From an uncultured delta proteobacterium (GTDB taxonomy: Bacteria; Desulfobacterota; Binatia; Binatales; Binataceae), in NCBI GenBank assembly GCA_963842215.1, contig CAWJFQ010000005.1:841-64840 (forward strand): 64,000 nt of DNA. The letters are read 5' to 3'. The translations under genes were made by a program, and so were the position numbers. Below, in pieces: positions 38,544 to 47,347 of this stretch. The notes under the pieces were generated by a model. It had not been told where the DNA came from. It saw only the letters and a list, made by a program, of their open reading frames with translations, and did no database searches. The stretch's first letter is position 1. Every line of letters begins with the position of its first letter.

Positions 38544-39323
38544 CTAGATTTTCGGAAGCCCGAATATGCGGGCCGCGTTCTCGATCACCTGCGCGCCTAG
38601 AGCGGCAGCGTCGACGCGGCGGAGATTCGCAAGCATTTCGAGCGTGCGTGTTACATACGCCGGCTCGTTGCGCTTGCCACGGTGCGGCTCGGGCGCGAGG
38701 TAGGGCGAATCCGTCTCGACCATCACGCGGTCGTCGGGGACGATCGACGCGGCCTCGCGAATCGTCGTGGAATTCTTGAACGTGATGATTCCCGAGAAGG
38801 AGATGCAGAATCCAACTGCCACGAACTCCCGCGCCGCGTTAGTGTCGCCGGTGAAGCAATGGATCACACCGCCGCGCGGGCCGATCCCGGTCTTACGCAC
38901 GATCTCGAGCAGTCGGCGCTCGGCGTCGCGGCAATGAATCACGATCGGCAGGCCGAGTTCCGCCGCCAGCGCGAGATGCGCGCGCAATGAAGCTTCCTGT
39001 GCCGCAGGCGGCGAGTGCATGTAGTGAAAGTCGAGTCCGCTCTCGCCGATCGCGACGACTTTCTCTGATGCGGCCAGCTCGCGCAGCTGCGCGATTCGCT
39101 CGGGCGTGCAATCCTTGGCGTCGTGTGGATGCACCCCTACCGCGGCGAAGACATTTTCGTGACGCTCGGCTAGCTCGACCGTCAATCGATCGTTCTCGAT
39201 CGGTCCGATTGCTCCGACCGAGATGATCTGCGCCACCCCGGCGGCGGATGCGCGTGCGATCACGGACTCGACGTCGTCGCGAAACTTTGCGTCCGCGAGA
39301 TGGCAGTGCGTGTCAACGATCAC
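38544..39323 (-). CDS. tatD: TatD family metal-dependent hydrolase/DNase
   Basis: GTG start giving MIVDTHCHL. Motifs GVHPHDA, AIGESGLDFH, PIVIHCRDA, GVIHCFTG, VETDSPYL. Confidence 0.9.
   Translation of the reverse strand: MIVDTHCHLADAKFRDDVESVIARASAAGVAQIISVGAIGPIENDRLTVELAERHENVFAAVGVHPHDAKDCTPERIAQLRELAASEKVVAIGESGLDFHYMHSPPAAQEASLRAHLALAAELGLPIVIHCRDAERRLLEIVRKTGIGPRGGVIHCFTGDTNAAREFVAVGFCISFSGIITFKNSTTIREAASIVPDDRVMVETDSPYLAPEPHRGKRNEPAYVTRTLEMLANLRRVDAAALGAQVIENAARIFGLPKI
39309..39322. repeat. 14-bp direct repeat, left copy (covers the start of tatD and the stop codon of the inserted gene)
   Basis: CGTGTCAACGATCA, identical to 42792-42805. Confidence 0.9.
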
Positions 39324-41194
39324 GTTATTTGATCGAGTAAGTTGGTCGAAGGCCAGTCGTAGGGTGAGGCTTTGACCGCTGTGTAGTTCGCGTCGAGTGC
39401 AGGTTTGAGCAGGACTATCGCCGCGATACGTCGGGCCATCGCGGTGACCTCGTCGATTTCATCAGTACTCAGGTCGCGGCCGAGGAGATCGCGTTCGCGG
39501 TAGCTTAGCCACTTTTTGATCACTTGGTAGCCGCCGATAGTGTATTCCCAAACTAGCGCTGGGATGTTCTTCCAGTACGCGACGCCGTTCAGATAGATAT
39601 CCATTGTCTGCTCGCCAAACCGTTTCATCAATTCAGTGCACGACATCCCTAGTTTCTTCGCGCCAGTCTCCAATGCACCCAGCTCGGCTGGGCTGTAGTC
39701 GCGTATTTTCGCGAGACCCTTCCCTGGCATTACTGCCCCATCCTTGCCGGCGTGACCCCATCCGGCTGTCATAGCGAGGTGTCCCTTAGTTGGCTCAAGC
39801 GAACCGTCGCCCTCGCGCCAGATGACAGCAATCTCTTTCAGTTCTGGACGAATCGCATCAGTCGTAACTCCAGCAACCGGGTTTTCGGTGTCCAACAAAT
39901 TTGCAATTCGACGGCCGAGTTCCGCTGAGTGAATAAGCGCGTCTTTAGAATCCGGTAGCGGAATGCGTGGCCAATCTCCTCGAATGCCGCCGGCATTTTC
40001 CGATAAGTAGGTCGGCGCATAACCGACTGCGAGGCAGTGCAACAAAAGAAAATCGTCTTTAGCAAGTTCGCCCAATTTCTCCAAATATGATCTGCCGACT
40101 GAACTGAGGTTCTTCCGAGGTATCGGCCCCTTCAACGTCGTAGGAATGTAGTACGCATGGCCGCGCAGGAAATCGTTGTCACCCAGGCATCGCGTGAAAT
40201 GGAACGGAATTCCTTCCGGCGATGCAACTCCCGCCGGGCGAGTTATCAGAAACTCGTTCCCATTGTGATTTTGGGCCCAGAGCTGCGGCCTCGCCCGATT
40301 CCAAACGGGAGGCACGGCAGTGAAATAGCACCATCTTGTGTCAAATGGTCTAATCGCGTAGCGAACGACCCGGTTCGCGTCATACGCCTCACTTTCAAGA
40401 GCCTTGCGTCGCGCGTTCTTCGGATCAAATCCCGCTTGCTTGTCGACCAGGCCATAGCCGAGCGCCGAGTACTCGCTCCACTCGAGTTTCGGATTGAAGT
40501 ACGCAAGCATGCGCTTTTCCAACTTCGAGCGATCAACGTCGATGAGCGCGCCTCCGCGCTTTTCCATTAGACCATTTATGGGGGGCATCGCGCATAGATC
40601 GATGATTTTCGGCCAGCTCGAATACTGCTTTGAAGACTTTGAAGGTCTGAACGAATAGCGATTCGACTTCTCGGGGTTTGAGGGTTCATATCCCGCATCG
40701 AAGTCGGATGCCTTCAGGCTATCGAGAAGTTGGGTTCGACGATCTGCAGCTCTCGCCTCATTGAGATCATCACGGAACAGAACTTTCGGGGTCTTCGATT
40801 TTTCTCCGCACTTGATCCAAAGCGAAGTCGCGACGCCCTGTCGAATTCCCGGCGAAAAGCCATGAACTGCGAAAATGGTCTCGCTTGTTTTACCGTTCGG
40901 GGCATATTCAGATATCTTTCGATTTCCGTGAAGATTCTCGATCCAGAATCGATCGAACGAATCCAAAAGATGTTTGCGCATCATCACAAAAGAAGGATCG
41001 CTGATCCATGAGTGGTTCGAGATGAAAAGCGACGACTCCTTTCTTTGAGTGCTCTGCAATCCTTCTCTCGGCGATACGAAAGAATCGGACATACAGATCG
41101 TCCAGATTAAATTTCTTAATCTTCCATTCAGTAACGAGTCCCTCCTTGTACGGCTCGACCAAGCCCATCTCTTCTGCCGGACTAACGCCTGCAA
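39320..41194 (-). CDS. C-terminal fragment of a single-chain RM-like enzyme (post-NPPY MTase region plus type-ISP-like C-terminal/target-recognition part)
   Basis: ORF limits as in the track. Family-like sequence begins near 41029 with LFISNHSWISDPSFVMMRKHLLDSFDRFWIENLHGN. Residues before that are out-of-frame read-through. Confidence 0.75.
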   Translation of the reverse strand: MQALVRQKRWAWSSRTRRDSLLNGRLRNLIWTICMSDSFVSPREGLQSTQRKESSLFISNHSWISDPSFVMMRKHLLDSFDRFWIENLHGNRKISEYAPNGKTSETIFAVHGFSPGIRQGVATSLWIKCGEKSKTPKVLFRDDLNEARAADRRTQLLDSLKASDFDAGYEPSNPEKSNRYSFRPSKSSKQYSSWPKIIDLCAMPPINGLMEKRGGALIDVDRSKLEKRMLAYFNPKLEWSEYSALGYGLVDKQAGFDPKNARRKALESEAYDANRVVRYAIRPFDTRWCYFTAVPPVWNRARPQLWAQNHNGNEFLITRPAGVASPEGIPFHFTRCLGDNDFLRGHAYYIPTTLKGPIPRKNLSSVGRSYLEKLGELAKDDFLLLHCLAVGYAPTYLSENAGGIRGDWPRIPLPDSKDALIHSAELGRRIANLLDTENPVAGVTTDAIRPELKEIAVIWREGDGSLEPTKGHLAMTAGWGHAGKDGAVMPGKGLAKIRDYSPAELGALETGAKKLGMSCTELMKRFGEQTMDIYLNGVAYWKNIPALVWEYTIGGYQVIKKWLSYRERDLLGRDLSTDEIDEVTAMARRIAAIVLLKPALDANYTAVKASPYDWPSTNLLDQIT

Positions 41195-42743
41195 ATGCGT
41201 TGTAAGGCGGGTTACCCAGGATAACGATAATTGGCTTGGTTCGTTTCACCTCATCGGCAGCGTCCCGCTCCTGTTCCAACTGCGGGAACGCGATGATGTG
41301 CTGCTTGGGACCGGTTGGTGGTTCCCAGCCAGTAAGAGAATTCGTCAGATAGACGGCTGCGCGCTCGTTCGCACTTTCAGAAAGAGGTGCGCCGATGTGC
41401 TGCAAGGCAATCCCAACTTGAAGATGCGAGATGACATACGGCGCGGGCATGATTTCGAAACCGAATACGCGCTCCATCGCGGCTTTCTTGACTGCGTTTG
41501 CGGTCAGCGCAGTCTTGCCCTTCTCGATCAGGGTTTTTTCTATTCGCCTGAGGACCTCGACTACGTAGCTGCCCGTTCCACAGCAGGGATCGAGTATGAC
41601 CACGCTCTGATCGGCCAGCCCGTCAGCGATCCCGAGTTCAGAACGCAAGACGGAATCGACCCGCTCAACCATGTAAGTCACGATCTCGGGCGGCGTGTAC
41701 CAGACTCCGAGTTGTTTGCGCAGCGCGGGATCGTACGCCTCCAAGAATGGTTCGTAGAAATACTGCACTGCATGGTGCTCTTCGAATGCTTCGCGGAATG
41801 CCGCTCGATCAACGCGGTTCAGCACTTCACCCGCCCAATCTAGAACTTCATCGATTCCAAGGGCCTTAAGCTGCGTGGGTTCGATGAGTTGATGAAACAG
41901 CACGCCGACGATAGGGACATGAAGATGGTCACCGGCAAGCTTCCAATTGAACTTTGCCTTGCGGTCGGTAGGCGGATGTTCCTTGCTCCACAAAACCCAC
42001 GCCGCAAATGCACCGTAAAAGAGCGTCTGAACCAGCGTGGAGCGAAAGAAGTGTTCGCCTTCATCGCCTTCGAACTTGAGGCCGAGCGCTTGTTCGAGCG
42101 CCTCGCGCAATGCGGCAAGGGCAGGTATCGGATGATTCTCGATGCGCCAGCGCGCCTCGCGCGCATAAGATGCAAGAAACCATGCGACGTCTTTGGGGGA
42201 AGCCAGCGGCGCCGGATGGAGCATCACGCGCCGGATGAAATCAGAGAAGCGGTCCCCCTCTCGCTTCGCCATCGCCTGCGGATGCGCGGCCGCGCTCCAG
42301 AACGATCCCTCGTCGACGGCGAGCTTGTAGCTTTCAAGAACATGCAGACCACCGTCGCCATCCAATGCAACTAAAACAAAATCGCGGAAATTAGTGACCA
42401 GTACCTGACGGTAGAGCTTGAGATACTTGCCGACCTGTTCAGACTTTGCGATAACGACCGCGTCGTCGTTAGTTGGTTTTGCCTCGATCGCGCCGCGCGC
42501 CGGCAGCGTACCTAATGGCGGTTCTGGGTCGCCGCCCTTTGGCAATTGATCTGGCGTATAGAGCCCGCCGTCCGGAATTCCCACGCCCTTGCTCTTTGGA
42601 TTTATGACACATCGCACTTTCGGTTTGAGCGTGCCGCCGATTTCGTTGAGCAGAGCGCGGAGTGCAGAATAATGGGTCGTTTCAGGAACGCCCGCGGAGT
42701 GGGCTTCACACAAATCGCAAAGATAGGATTCGAGCGGATGCAT
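40908..42743 (-). CDS. N-terminal fragment of a single-chain RM-like enzyme (PD-ExK-like nuclease motif plus gamma-class N6-adenine MTase motifs)
   Basis: GIPD...AIEAK, VWYTPPEIV, VILDPCCGTGSYV (motif I), ILGNPPYNAF (motif IV). After ...AEHSKKGVV (about 41031) the frame is wrong. Confidence 0.8.
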   Translation of the reverse strand: MHPLESYLCDLCEAHSAGVPETTHYSALRALLNEIGGTLKPKVRCVINPKSKGVGIPDGGLYTPDQLPKGGDPEPPLGTLPARGAIEAKPTNDDAVVIAKSEQVGKYLKLYRQVLVTNFRDFVLVALDGDGGLHVLESYKLAVDEGSFWSAAAHPQAMAKREGDRFSDFIRRVMLHPAPLASPKDVAWFLASYAREARWRIENHPIPALAALREALEQALGLKFEGDEGEHFFRSTLVQTLFYGAFAAWVLWSKEHPPTDRKAKFNWKLAGDHLHVPIVGVLFHQLIEPTQLKALGIDEVLDWAGEVLNRVDRAAFREAFEEHHAVQYFYEPFLEAYDPALRKQLGVWYTPPEIVTYMVERVDSVLRSELGIADGLADQSVVILDPCCGTGSYVVEVLRRIEKTLIEKGKTALTANAVKKAAMERVFGFEIMPAPYVISHLQVGIALQHIGAPLSESANERAAVYLTNSLTGWEPPTGPKQHIIAFPQLEQERDAADEVKRTKPIIVILGNPPYNAFAGVSPAEEMGLVEPYKEGLVTEWKIKKFNLDDLYVRFFRIAERRIAEHSKKGVVAFHLEPLMDQRSFFCDDAQTSFGFVRSILDRESSRKSKDI

Positions 42744-42791
42744 CTTGACCGTCGAGCTTAGCAGGCGGAAAGCAAAAAGTTAGCTAGTCGC

Positions 42792-42805
42792 CGTGTCAAC
42801 GATCA
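42792..42805. repeat. 14-bp direct repeat, right copy (covers the metG stop and a ghost tatD start)
   Basis: CGTGTCAACGATCA. On the coding strand, ATG ATC GTT GAC ACG (42806 down to 42792) encodes MIVDT overlapping the metG TGA. Confidence 0.9.
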
Positions 42806-44353
42806 TCGCGCTTGAGATTTCTTGTCGATCCGCGGGAACAGCGGCGTCGTCGGATTCACGCGATGGCCCGGCTTGATGCCGGCTCCGTACGCCGCGCTTG
42901 CGACCTGATCGTCGAGGTTGAGCAGGCCTCGAATTTTTTTCGACGATACCGGCATGAAGGCCTCCAGCGTGTAGGCGACCACGCGCAGCCCCTCGACCAG
43001 GTTCGCGAGGATCTGCGCGACCCGCGGTAACTGGCCTGTGTCTTTGGCGAGCGTAAACGGCGAGGTCGCGACGATGTACTTATTTGCGGCGTCGAGCGCC
43101 TGCCAGATTGCTTCCAGAGCGCGATTGAACGCCAGCTCCTCGACCAGCGGTGCAACCCGCGATGGCAGCGAGGCGAAGGTCTCAGCCAGTGCAACGTCGA
43201 GCGTGTTGCCGCCGGCGGCTGGAGTTGCCGTGATCTGACCTTCAAAGTATCGCGCCGCCATCGAAAGTACGCGGCTGGTCAGGTTGCCCAGGTCGTTGGC
43301 CAGGTCCGAGTTGTAGCGATCGATCACGCGCTGCTCGGAAAAATCGCCGTCGAGGCCGTAGGTGAACTCGCGCAGGATGAAGAAGCGCAAAACGTCCGGG
43401 CCGATGTTCTGCTGATAGGCGACCGGGTCTTGCGTGTTGCCCGAGCTCTTCGACAATCGCGCGCCGCCGAAATTCATGAATCCGTGCACGTTCAGATGAC
43501 GATAGAGCGGCAAGCCGACTGTCAGCAGCATCGCGGGCCAGTACACCGCGTGCGTCTTGAGGATGTCCTTGCCGATGAAGTGTTCTGTCACCGGCAGGAT
43601 CGACGTAAGCGCCGCGTCGCTGGTGTCAGGCAGCTCGCTCAGATAGGCCCAGAAAGCGTCGTACCAGACGTAGGTCACGTACTTGTCGTCGAACGGTAGC
43701 GTGATGCCCCAATCGAGGCGCGCCTTGGGACGCGAGATGCAAAGGTCTTCGAGCGGCTCGTCGAGCATCCGCAGCGCCTCGTTGCGATAACGCTCGGGGC
43801 GAATGAAGTCGGGATTTTTCTCGATGTTGCGGCGAATGGCCTCGCGATGCTTTTCGAGCTTCAGGAAATAGTTGCCCTCTTTGATTCGCTCGACGGCAGT
43901 GTTGTGCACCGGACAGATGTTGCCGGGAAGCAACTCCTTCTCGGTGTAAAAGCGCTCACATCCCACGCAGTAAAGGCCTTCGTAGTCCTTGAAGTAGACG
44001 TCGCCGCATTGGTAGCTCCGCGCGAGCATCTTCTGCACGAACGCCTGATGGACAGGGTCGGTGGTGCGGACGAAGTAGTCGTAACTGATGTCCATCCCGG
44101 CCCACGCATCGCGAAAGAGTGCGCTGATTTTGTCGGCAAACGCCTTGGGATGCAGACCGGCAGCTTCGGCCGCGCGCTTGTTCTTGTCGCCATGTTCGTC
44201 GGTGCCGGTGACGAAGGTTACGTTGGCGCGGCCCAGCTTGCGGCGTTGAAAACGTGCGAACGCGTCAGTGGCAAGTATTTCGTAAGCGTGGCCCACGTGC
44301 GGCGGGCCGTTGCTGTAGATGATCGCAGTCGTGATGTGGATGCGATTCGCCAT
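42803..44353 (-). CDS. metG: methionine--tRNA ligase (short form without C-terminal tRNA-binding domain)
   Basis: 516 aa. YSNGPPHVGHAY (HIGH-type) and ARLSKSSGN (KMSKS-type). Zinc knuckle CVGCERF...CPVH. Confidence 0.95.
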   Translation of the reverse strand: MANRIHITTAIIYSNGPPHVGHAYEILATDAFARFQRRKLGRANVTFVTGTDEHGDKNKRAAEAAGLHPKAFADKISALFRDAWAGMDISYDYFVRTTDPVHQAFVQKMLARSYQCGDVYFKDYEGLYCVGCERFYTEKELLPGNICPVHNTAVERIKEGNYFLKLEKHREAIRRNIEKNPDFIRPERYRNEALRMLDEPLEDLCISRPKARLDWGITLPFDDKYVTYVWYDAFWAYLSELPDTSDAALTSILPVTEHFIGKDILKTHAVYWPAMLLTVGLPLYRHLNVHGFMNFGGARLSKSSGNTQDPVAYQQNIGPDVLRFFILREFTYGLDGDFSEQRVIDRYNSDLANDLGNLTSRVLSMAARYFEGQITATPAAGGNTLDVALAETFASLPSRVAPLVEELAFNRALEAIWQALDAANKYIVATSPFTLAKDTGQLPRVAQILANLVEGLRVVAYTLEAFMPVSSKKIRGLLNLDDQVASAAYGAGIKPGHRVNPTTPLFPRIDKKSQAR

Positions 44354-44377
44354 CCACGCAATTGTATGCGAAACGCA

Positions 44378-44420
44378 CCGTGGGATTCAGCAGGGTGACC
44401 CCTGCAACCGATGGTAGAAG
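44378..44420. repeat. two-hairpin intergenic repeat, truncated copy C
   Basis: CCGTGGG...CAGGGTGACCCCTGCAACC...GGTAGAAG matches the right half of the 15027 and 20420 elements. Lies 25 nt upstream of the metG start. Confidence 0.55.
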
Positions 44421-44488
44421 TGATGGATGCGCGGGCGCGGAGGCCGGAACCTCACGAGTCTCCGGTCCCGCGCACGGACATCACGCGG

Positions 44489-45166
44489 TCATCCGTGGAG
44501 TTGTGACGGATGATGCATGCCGTTGGCCGGATGAAGGCGCGCAATGCGTTCAGCCTCGTCCAGCCTGCTCCGCTCGCGCATCGCGCGCGGTTCGCCCACC
44601 GGTATCGCTTCCAGCAAGGCGGTCGCATTGTATGCTTCCGCGAATGACGCATAGCCACCGATCAAGCCCGAGATAAGCGCGGAGATTCCGCCCAGCATCG
44701 TCAGGCTCTCAATCCCGCCAAACATTCCGATGCCTACCAGGCCCAGTGCTATCCACAGAAACAGCAGAACCAGATTGAAGGTGGCAGACTCATTGAACGA
44801 CGCAATCCATAGATACAGTACAACCACCGCCGACACGACAAATATTGTGGCCATGCTCGCGGTGGTGGCAGCCACGGCCGCGTGAACGCCAAGCAAGGTC
44901 ATCTGGCTCAAGCCCCACCAAGCGAAAAACGCGCCGAGAAATGAGAACGTGGTCGCGGCGAGCGCGTCACCGTACGCGAATGCCCACATTCCGGCGAGCA
45001 GCTCGACCAACCCGCCGAACAGCAACGCCTGTATCAGGTAGGGTCCCCAGTGTGAGGGCGTTTGAAGAAGAATGGCCACCCCAATCAAAAAGGTGGTGGT
45101 GCCCAATGCGGCCAATCCCAGAGGGATCGGAGTAGCAAGTCCCTTGTCTTTGCCTGGTCTAAACAT
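44489..45166 (-). CDS. GPR1/FUN34/YaaH family acetate/succinate channel with C-terminal extension
   Basis: N-terminal signature ATPIPLGLAALGTTTFLIG and six TM helices. About 45-aa hydrophilic tail (EPRAMRERSRLDEAERIARLHPANG...). Confidence 0.8.
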   Translation of the reverse strand: MFRPGKDKGLATPIPLGLAALGTTTFLIGVAILLQTPSHWGPYLIQALLFGGLVELLAGMWAFAYGDALAATTFSFLGAFFAWWGLSQMTLLGVHAAVAATTASMATIFVVSAVVVLYLWIASFNESATFNLVLLFLWIALGLVGIGMFGGIESLTMLGGISALISGLIGGYASFAEAYNATALLEAIPVGEPRAMRERSRLDEAERIARLHPANGMHHPSQLHG

Positions 45167-45405
45167 CGTCGATGCCTCCTATTGCACGGTGAACCCTGCA
45201 AAGGCCGACGCGCTCCACCGTGCGTCAATGTTAACCCATTGTCGCCGCTCGGTTGCGTCGGAAGACCGGACGGTTTCCTGCCTAACGTCTCTATTTTCTT
45301 GGACGCGAGCCTATTGAGCCTTATTCACCCGAGCAGTGGTATTAGAAAAATTAATCAGGCGCCTCCTTTAAACGCGAGCTTGGCCGCTCGAATAGGAAGC
45401 TACGG

Positions 45406-46251
45406 CTATTGCGGGCGGGAGGCGACCAGGTCTTCGAGGGTTACTTCGACCACGCCACCGTCTTCCTCGCGCTGAATCAGAACCGTCTGCTTGAGGATAT
45501 TCTGCCGGACGACTTTGCCGTCACCTTTGACGCATTGCACGCGCTTGCCGAGGTTGGGCAGCGCGCGCTTGAGTTCGACATAGGTGGCGTATTCGTAGCG
45601 CAGGCAGCATTTCAGCCGCCCGCACATCCCGGCCAGCCGCGAGGGATTGAGCGCCAGGCCCTGCTCGCGCGCCATCTTGACCGTGACCGCCTCGAAGTCG
45701 CGCAGCCAGCTCGAGCAGCATAGCTCGCGGCCGCACGGACCGAGCCCGCCGGTGACTTTAGTCTCGTCGCGCGCGCCAATCTGTTTCATCTCGACGCGAA
45801 CGCGCAGCGTGTTGGCGAGATCGCGCACCAGGTCGCGGAAATCGACGCGGCCCTCGGCGACGAAATAGAAGGTCACCTTGCGCCCGTCGAAAGTGTAGTC
45901 GGCGCTGACCAGCTTCATCTGGATGCGGCGCTCGCGGATGCGCTCGACGCACAGGCGGCGCGCATTCGCCTCGCGCGAGAGATTTTCCTGCTCGAGGTGG
46001 AAGTCGTTGTCGCTCGCGATGCGAATGATCGGACGCAAGGCGGAGAGATCGATCGTCTGCGCGGGTTCGTGCGGCTCTATCTCTACCGTGCCGACGCGCG
46101 CGCCGGCCTCGCTCTCGACCAGCACGCGTTCGCCTCGTCGCAGCTCGCGGTCGCCGGCCAGAAAATTGTACAGATGGCCAGTCTGCTGGAGACTGACCGC
46201 GACGATTTTCGGCAGCGAGGGCGCGCCTTCAAACGGGTCGATGTCTGCCAC
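45406..46251 (-). CDS. PSP1 domain protein (YaaT/RicT-like)
   Basis: Cys cluster GGLGPCGRELCCSSWL and CGRLKCCLRYE. Conserved position after holB. Confidence 0.85.
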   Translation of the reverse strand: MADIDPFEGAPSLPKIVAVSLQQTGHLYNFLAGDRELRRGERVLVESEAGARVGTVEIEPHEPAQTIDLSALRPIIRIASDNDFHLEQENLSREANARRLCVERIRERRIQMKLVSADYTFDGRKVTFYFVAEGRVDFRDLVRDLANTLRVRVEMKQIGARDETKVTGGLGPCGRELCCSSWLRDFEAVTVKMAREQGLALNPSRLAGMCGRLKCCLRYEYATYVELKRALPNLGKRVQCVKGDGKVVRQNILKQTVLIQREEDGGVVEVTLEDLVASRPQ

Positions 46252-46257
46252 TATCTT

Positions 46258-47337
46258 CTACTCACCCCGCATCGCGTGTCCGGCTATGGTCCACCAATTC
46301 TCGGCCTGCATCCGCGGATTGGCGTTGGCTTCGACCGCTTCGTTGGCTCGCACAGCAGCGGCGATGCATTTCACCACCGCTTCGACCCCGAGACTATCCG
46401 CCAGGATCACCAGTTTTGACCTGGACTCGGGCGGAAATGCCGCGAAGTCGGTCTTAAGCAGTTTGTAGCATAGTATTTCTTCGAGCAGTCTTGCGAGTAG
46501 CTCGAAATTGCCGGCGGCGGCGTCGCGGTTGGCGAAGAACTCCTGGGCAAGCGATTGCGCGCGCGCGAAATCGATCGACCTGGCGTGGCTGAGAGCGTCG
46601 AGCAGCTCCCTCATCGGCGGTTCGTCGCCGTCGGCGAGTGCGATCGCGTTCGCAGCGCTGCCGCGCGCCAGTAAGGCCAGCGCACTGGCGCGAGCTTTGT
46701 CGGTGACGCCGTGCGCGCCGAGTATCGCCTCGAGATCGGCGACTGCCAGCGCGGGAAATCTTACGGTGCGGGTGCGCGAGCGGACGGTGTCGAGCAGCGC
46801 ACGCTCGCTCGCCGACACCATGATGATGATGGCGTGGCCGGGCGGCTCCTCGAGGGTCTTCAGCAGCGCGTTCTGCGCGGGATCGCCGAGCGCCTCGGCG
46901 TCGTCGATAATCGCCATCCGAACCGACGAACGCGACGGCCGGATTCCGAGCCGCGCTATCAGCTCGCGCACCTGGTCGATAAGAACCTCGGTGCGGCCAA
47001 CCGGCTTCGACACATAAGTGAAATCCGGATGGACGCCGGTCGCAATTTGTACGCATGCGGAGCAGCAGTCGCATCGCGGCGCGTCGGCGTCGTCTGCCCG
47101 GGCGCGTGTGCGCTCGGTCGGTGGCGCGATCCGCACCGGGCATCGTGCGACGGTGCAGCAAAAATTCTCGCCGGGCGATCGCTCGCACATCAACGCATGG
47201 ACGAGGCTGTTCGCGACCAGCGCCTTGCCGACGCCGCGCGGTCCCGCGAACAGGTAGGCGTGCGATGGGCGGCTGCGAATCTCAGCCAGCAAGCGCGCTG
47301 CGATCTCGCGATGTCCCAGTATGGAGGTTAGTGGCAT
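46258..47337 (-). CDS. holB: DNA polymerase III subunit delta'
   Basis: ORF to 47379. The Met at 47337 (MPLTSILGH) removes the overlap with tmk. Motifs HAYLFAGPRGVGK and a Cys-rich zinc module. Confidence 0.85.
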   Translation of the reverse strand: MPLTSILGHREIAARLLAEIRSRPSHAYLFAGPRGVGKALVANSLVHALMCERSPGENFCCTVARCPVRIAPPTERTRARADDADAPRCDCCSACVQIATGVHPDFTYVSKPVGRTEVLIDQVRELIARLGIRPSRSSVRMAIIDDAEALGDPAQNALLKTLEEPPGHAIIIMVSASERALLDTVRSRTRTVRFPALAVADLEAILGAHGVTDKARASALALLARGSAANAIALADGDEPPMRELLDALSHARSIDFARAQSLAQEFFANRDAAAGNFELLARLLEEILCYKLLKTDFAAFPPESRSKLVILADSLGVEAVVKCIAAAVRANEAVEANANPRMQAENWWTIAGHAMRGE

Positions 47338-47347
47338 GACGACTGCG

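Larger units (their letters stand above)
39320..42743 (-). pseudogene. type IIG / type-ISP-C-like restriction-modification gene (~1140 codons) interrupted by a +1 frameshift near 41029-41031
   Basis: Sense strand reads gga gtc gtc G ctt ttc atc tcg. Removing one base joins ...KKGVV to LFISNHSW... in one frame. Confidence 0.7.

Noticed and set aside
38324-38779. ORFs translated through the repeat block (38324..38779 +, 38379..38600 +, upstream part of 38039..38455 -)
   Set aside because: They translate the palindromic and direct repeats into duplicated SPLPARERKGEGP-like strings and run into tatD antisense. This is repeat DNA, not genes. Only the 38039..38221 portion is kept, as a tentative small ORF.
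39320-42743. BREX PglX or type I/III RM subunit as an alternative identity for the large methyltransferase gene
   Set aside because: No brx/pgl, hsdR/hsdS, res or helicase genes are adjacent, since the gene is flanked directly by metG and tatD. The N-terminal PD-ExK-like motif fits a single-chain type IIG-like enzyme better. A profile search is still needed.
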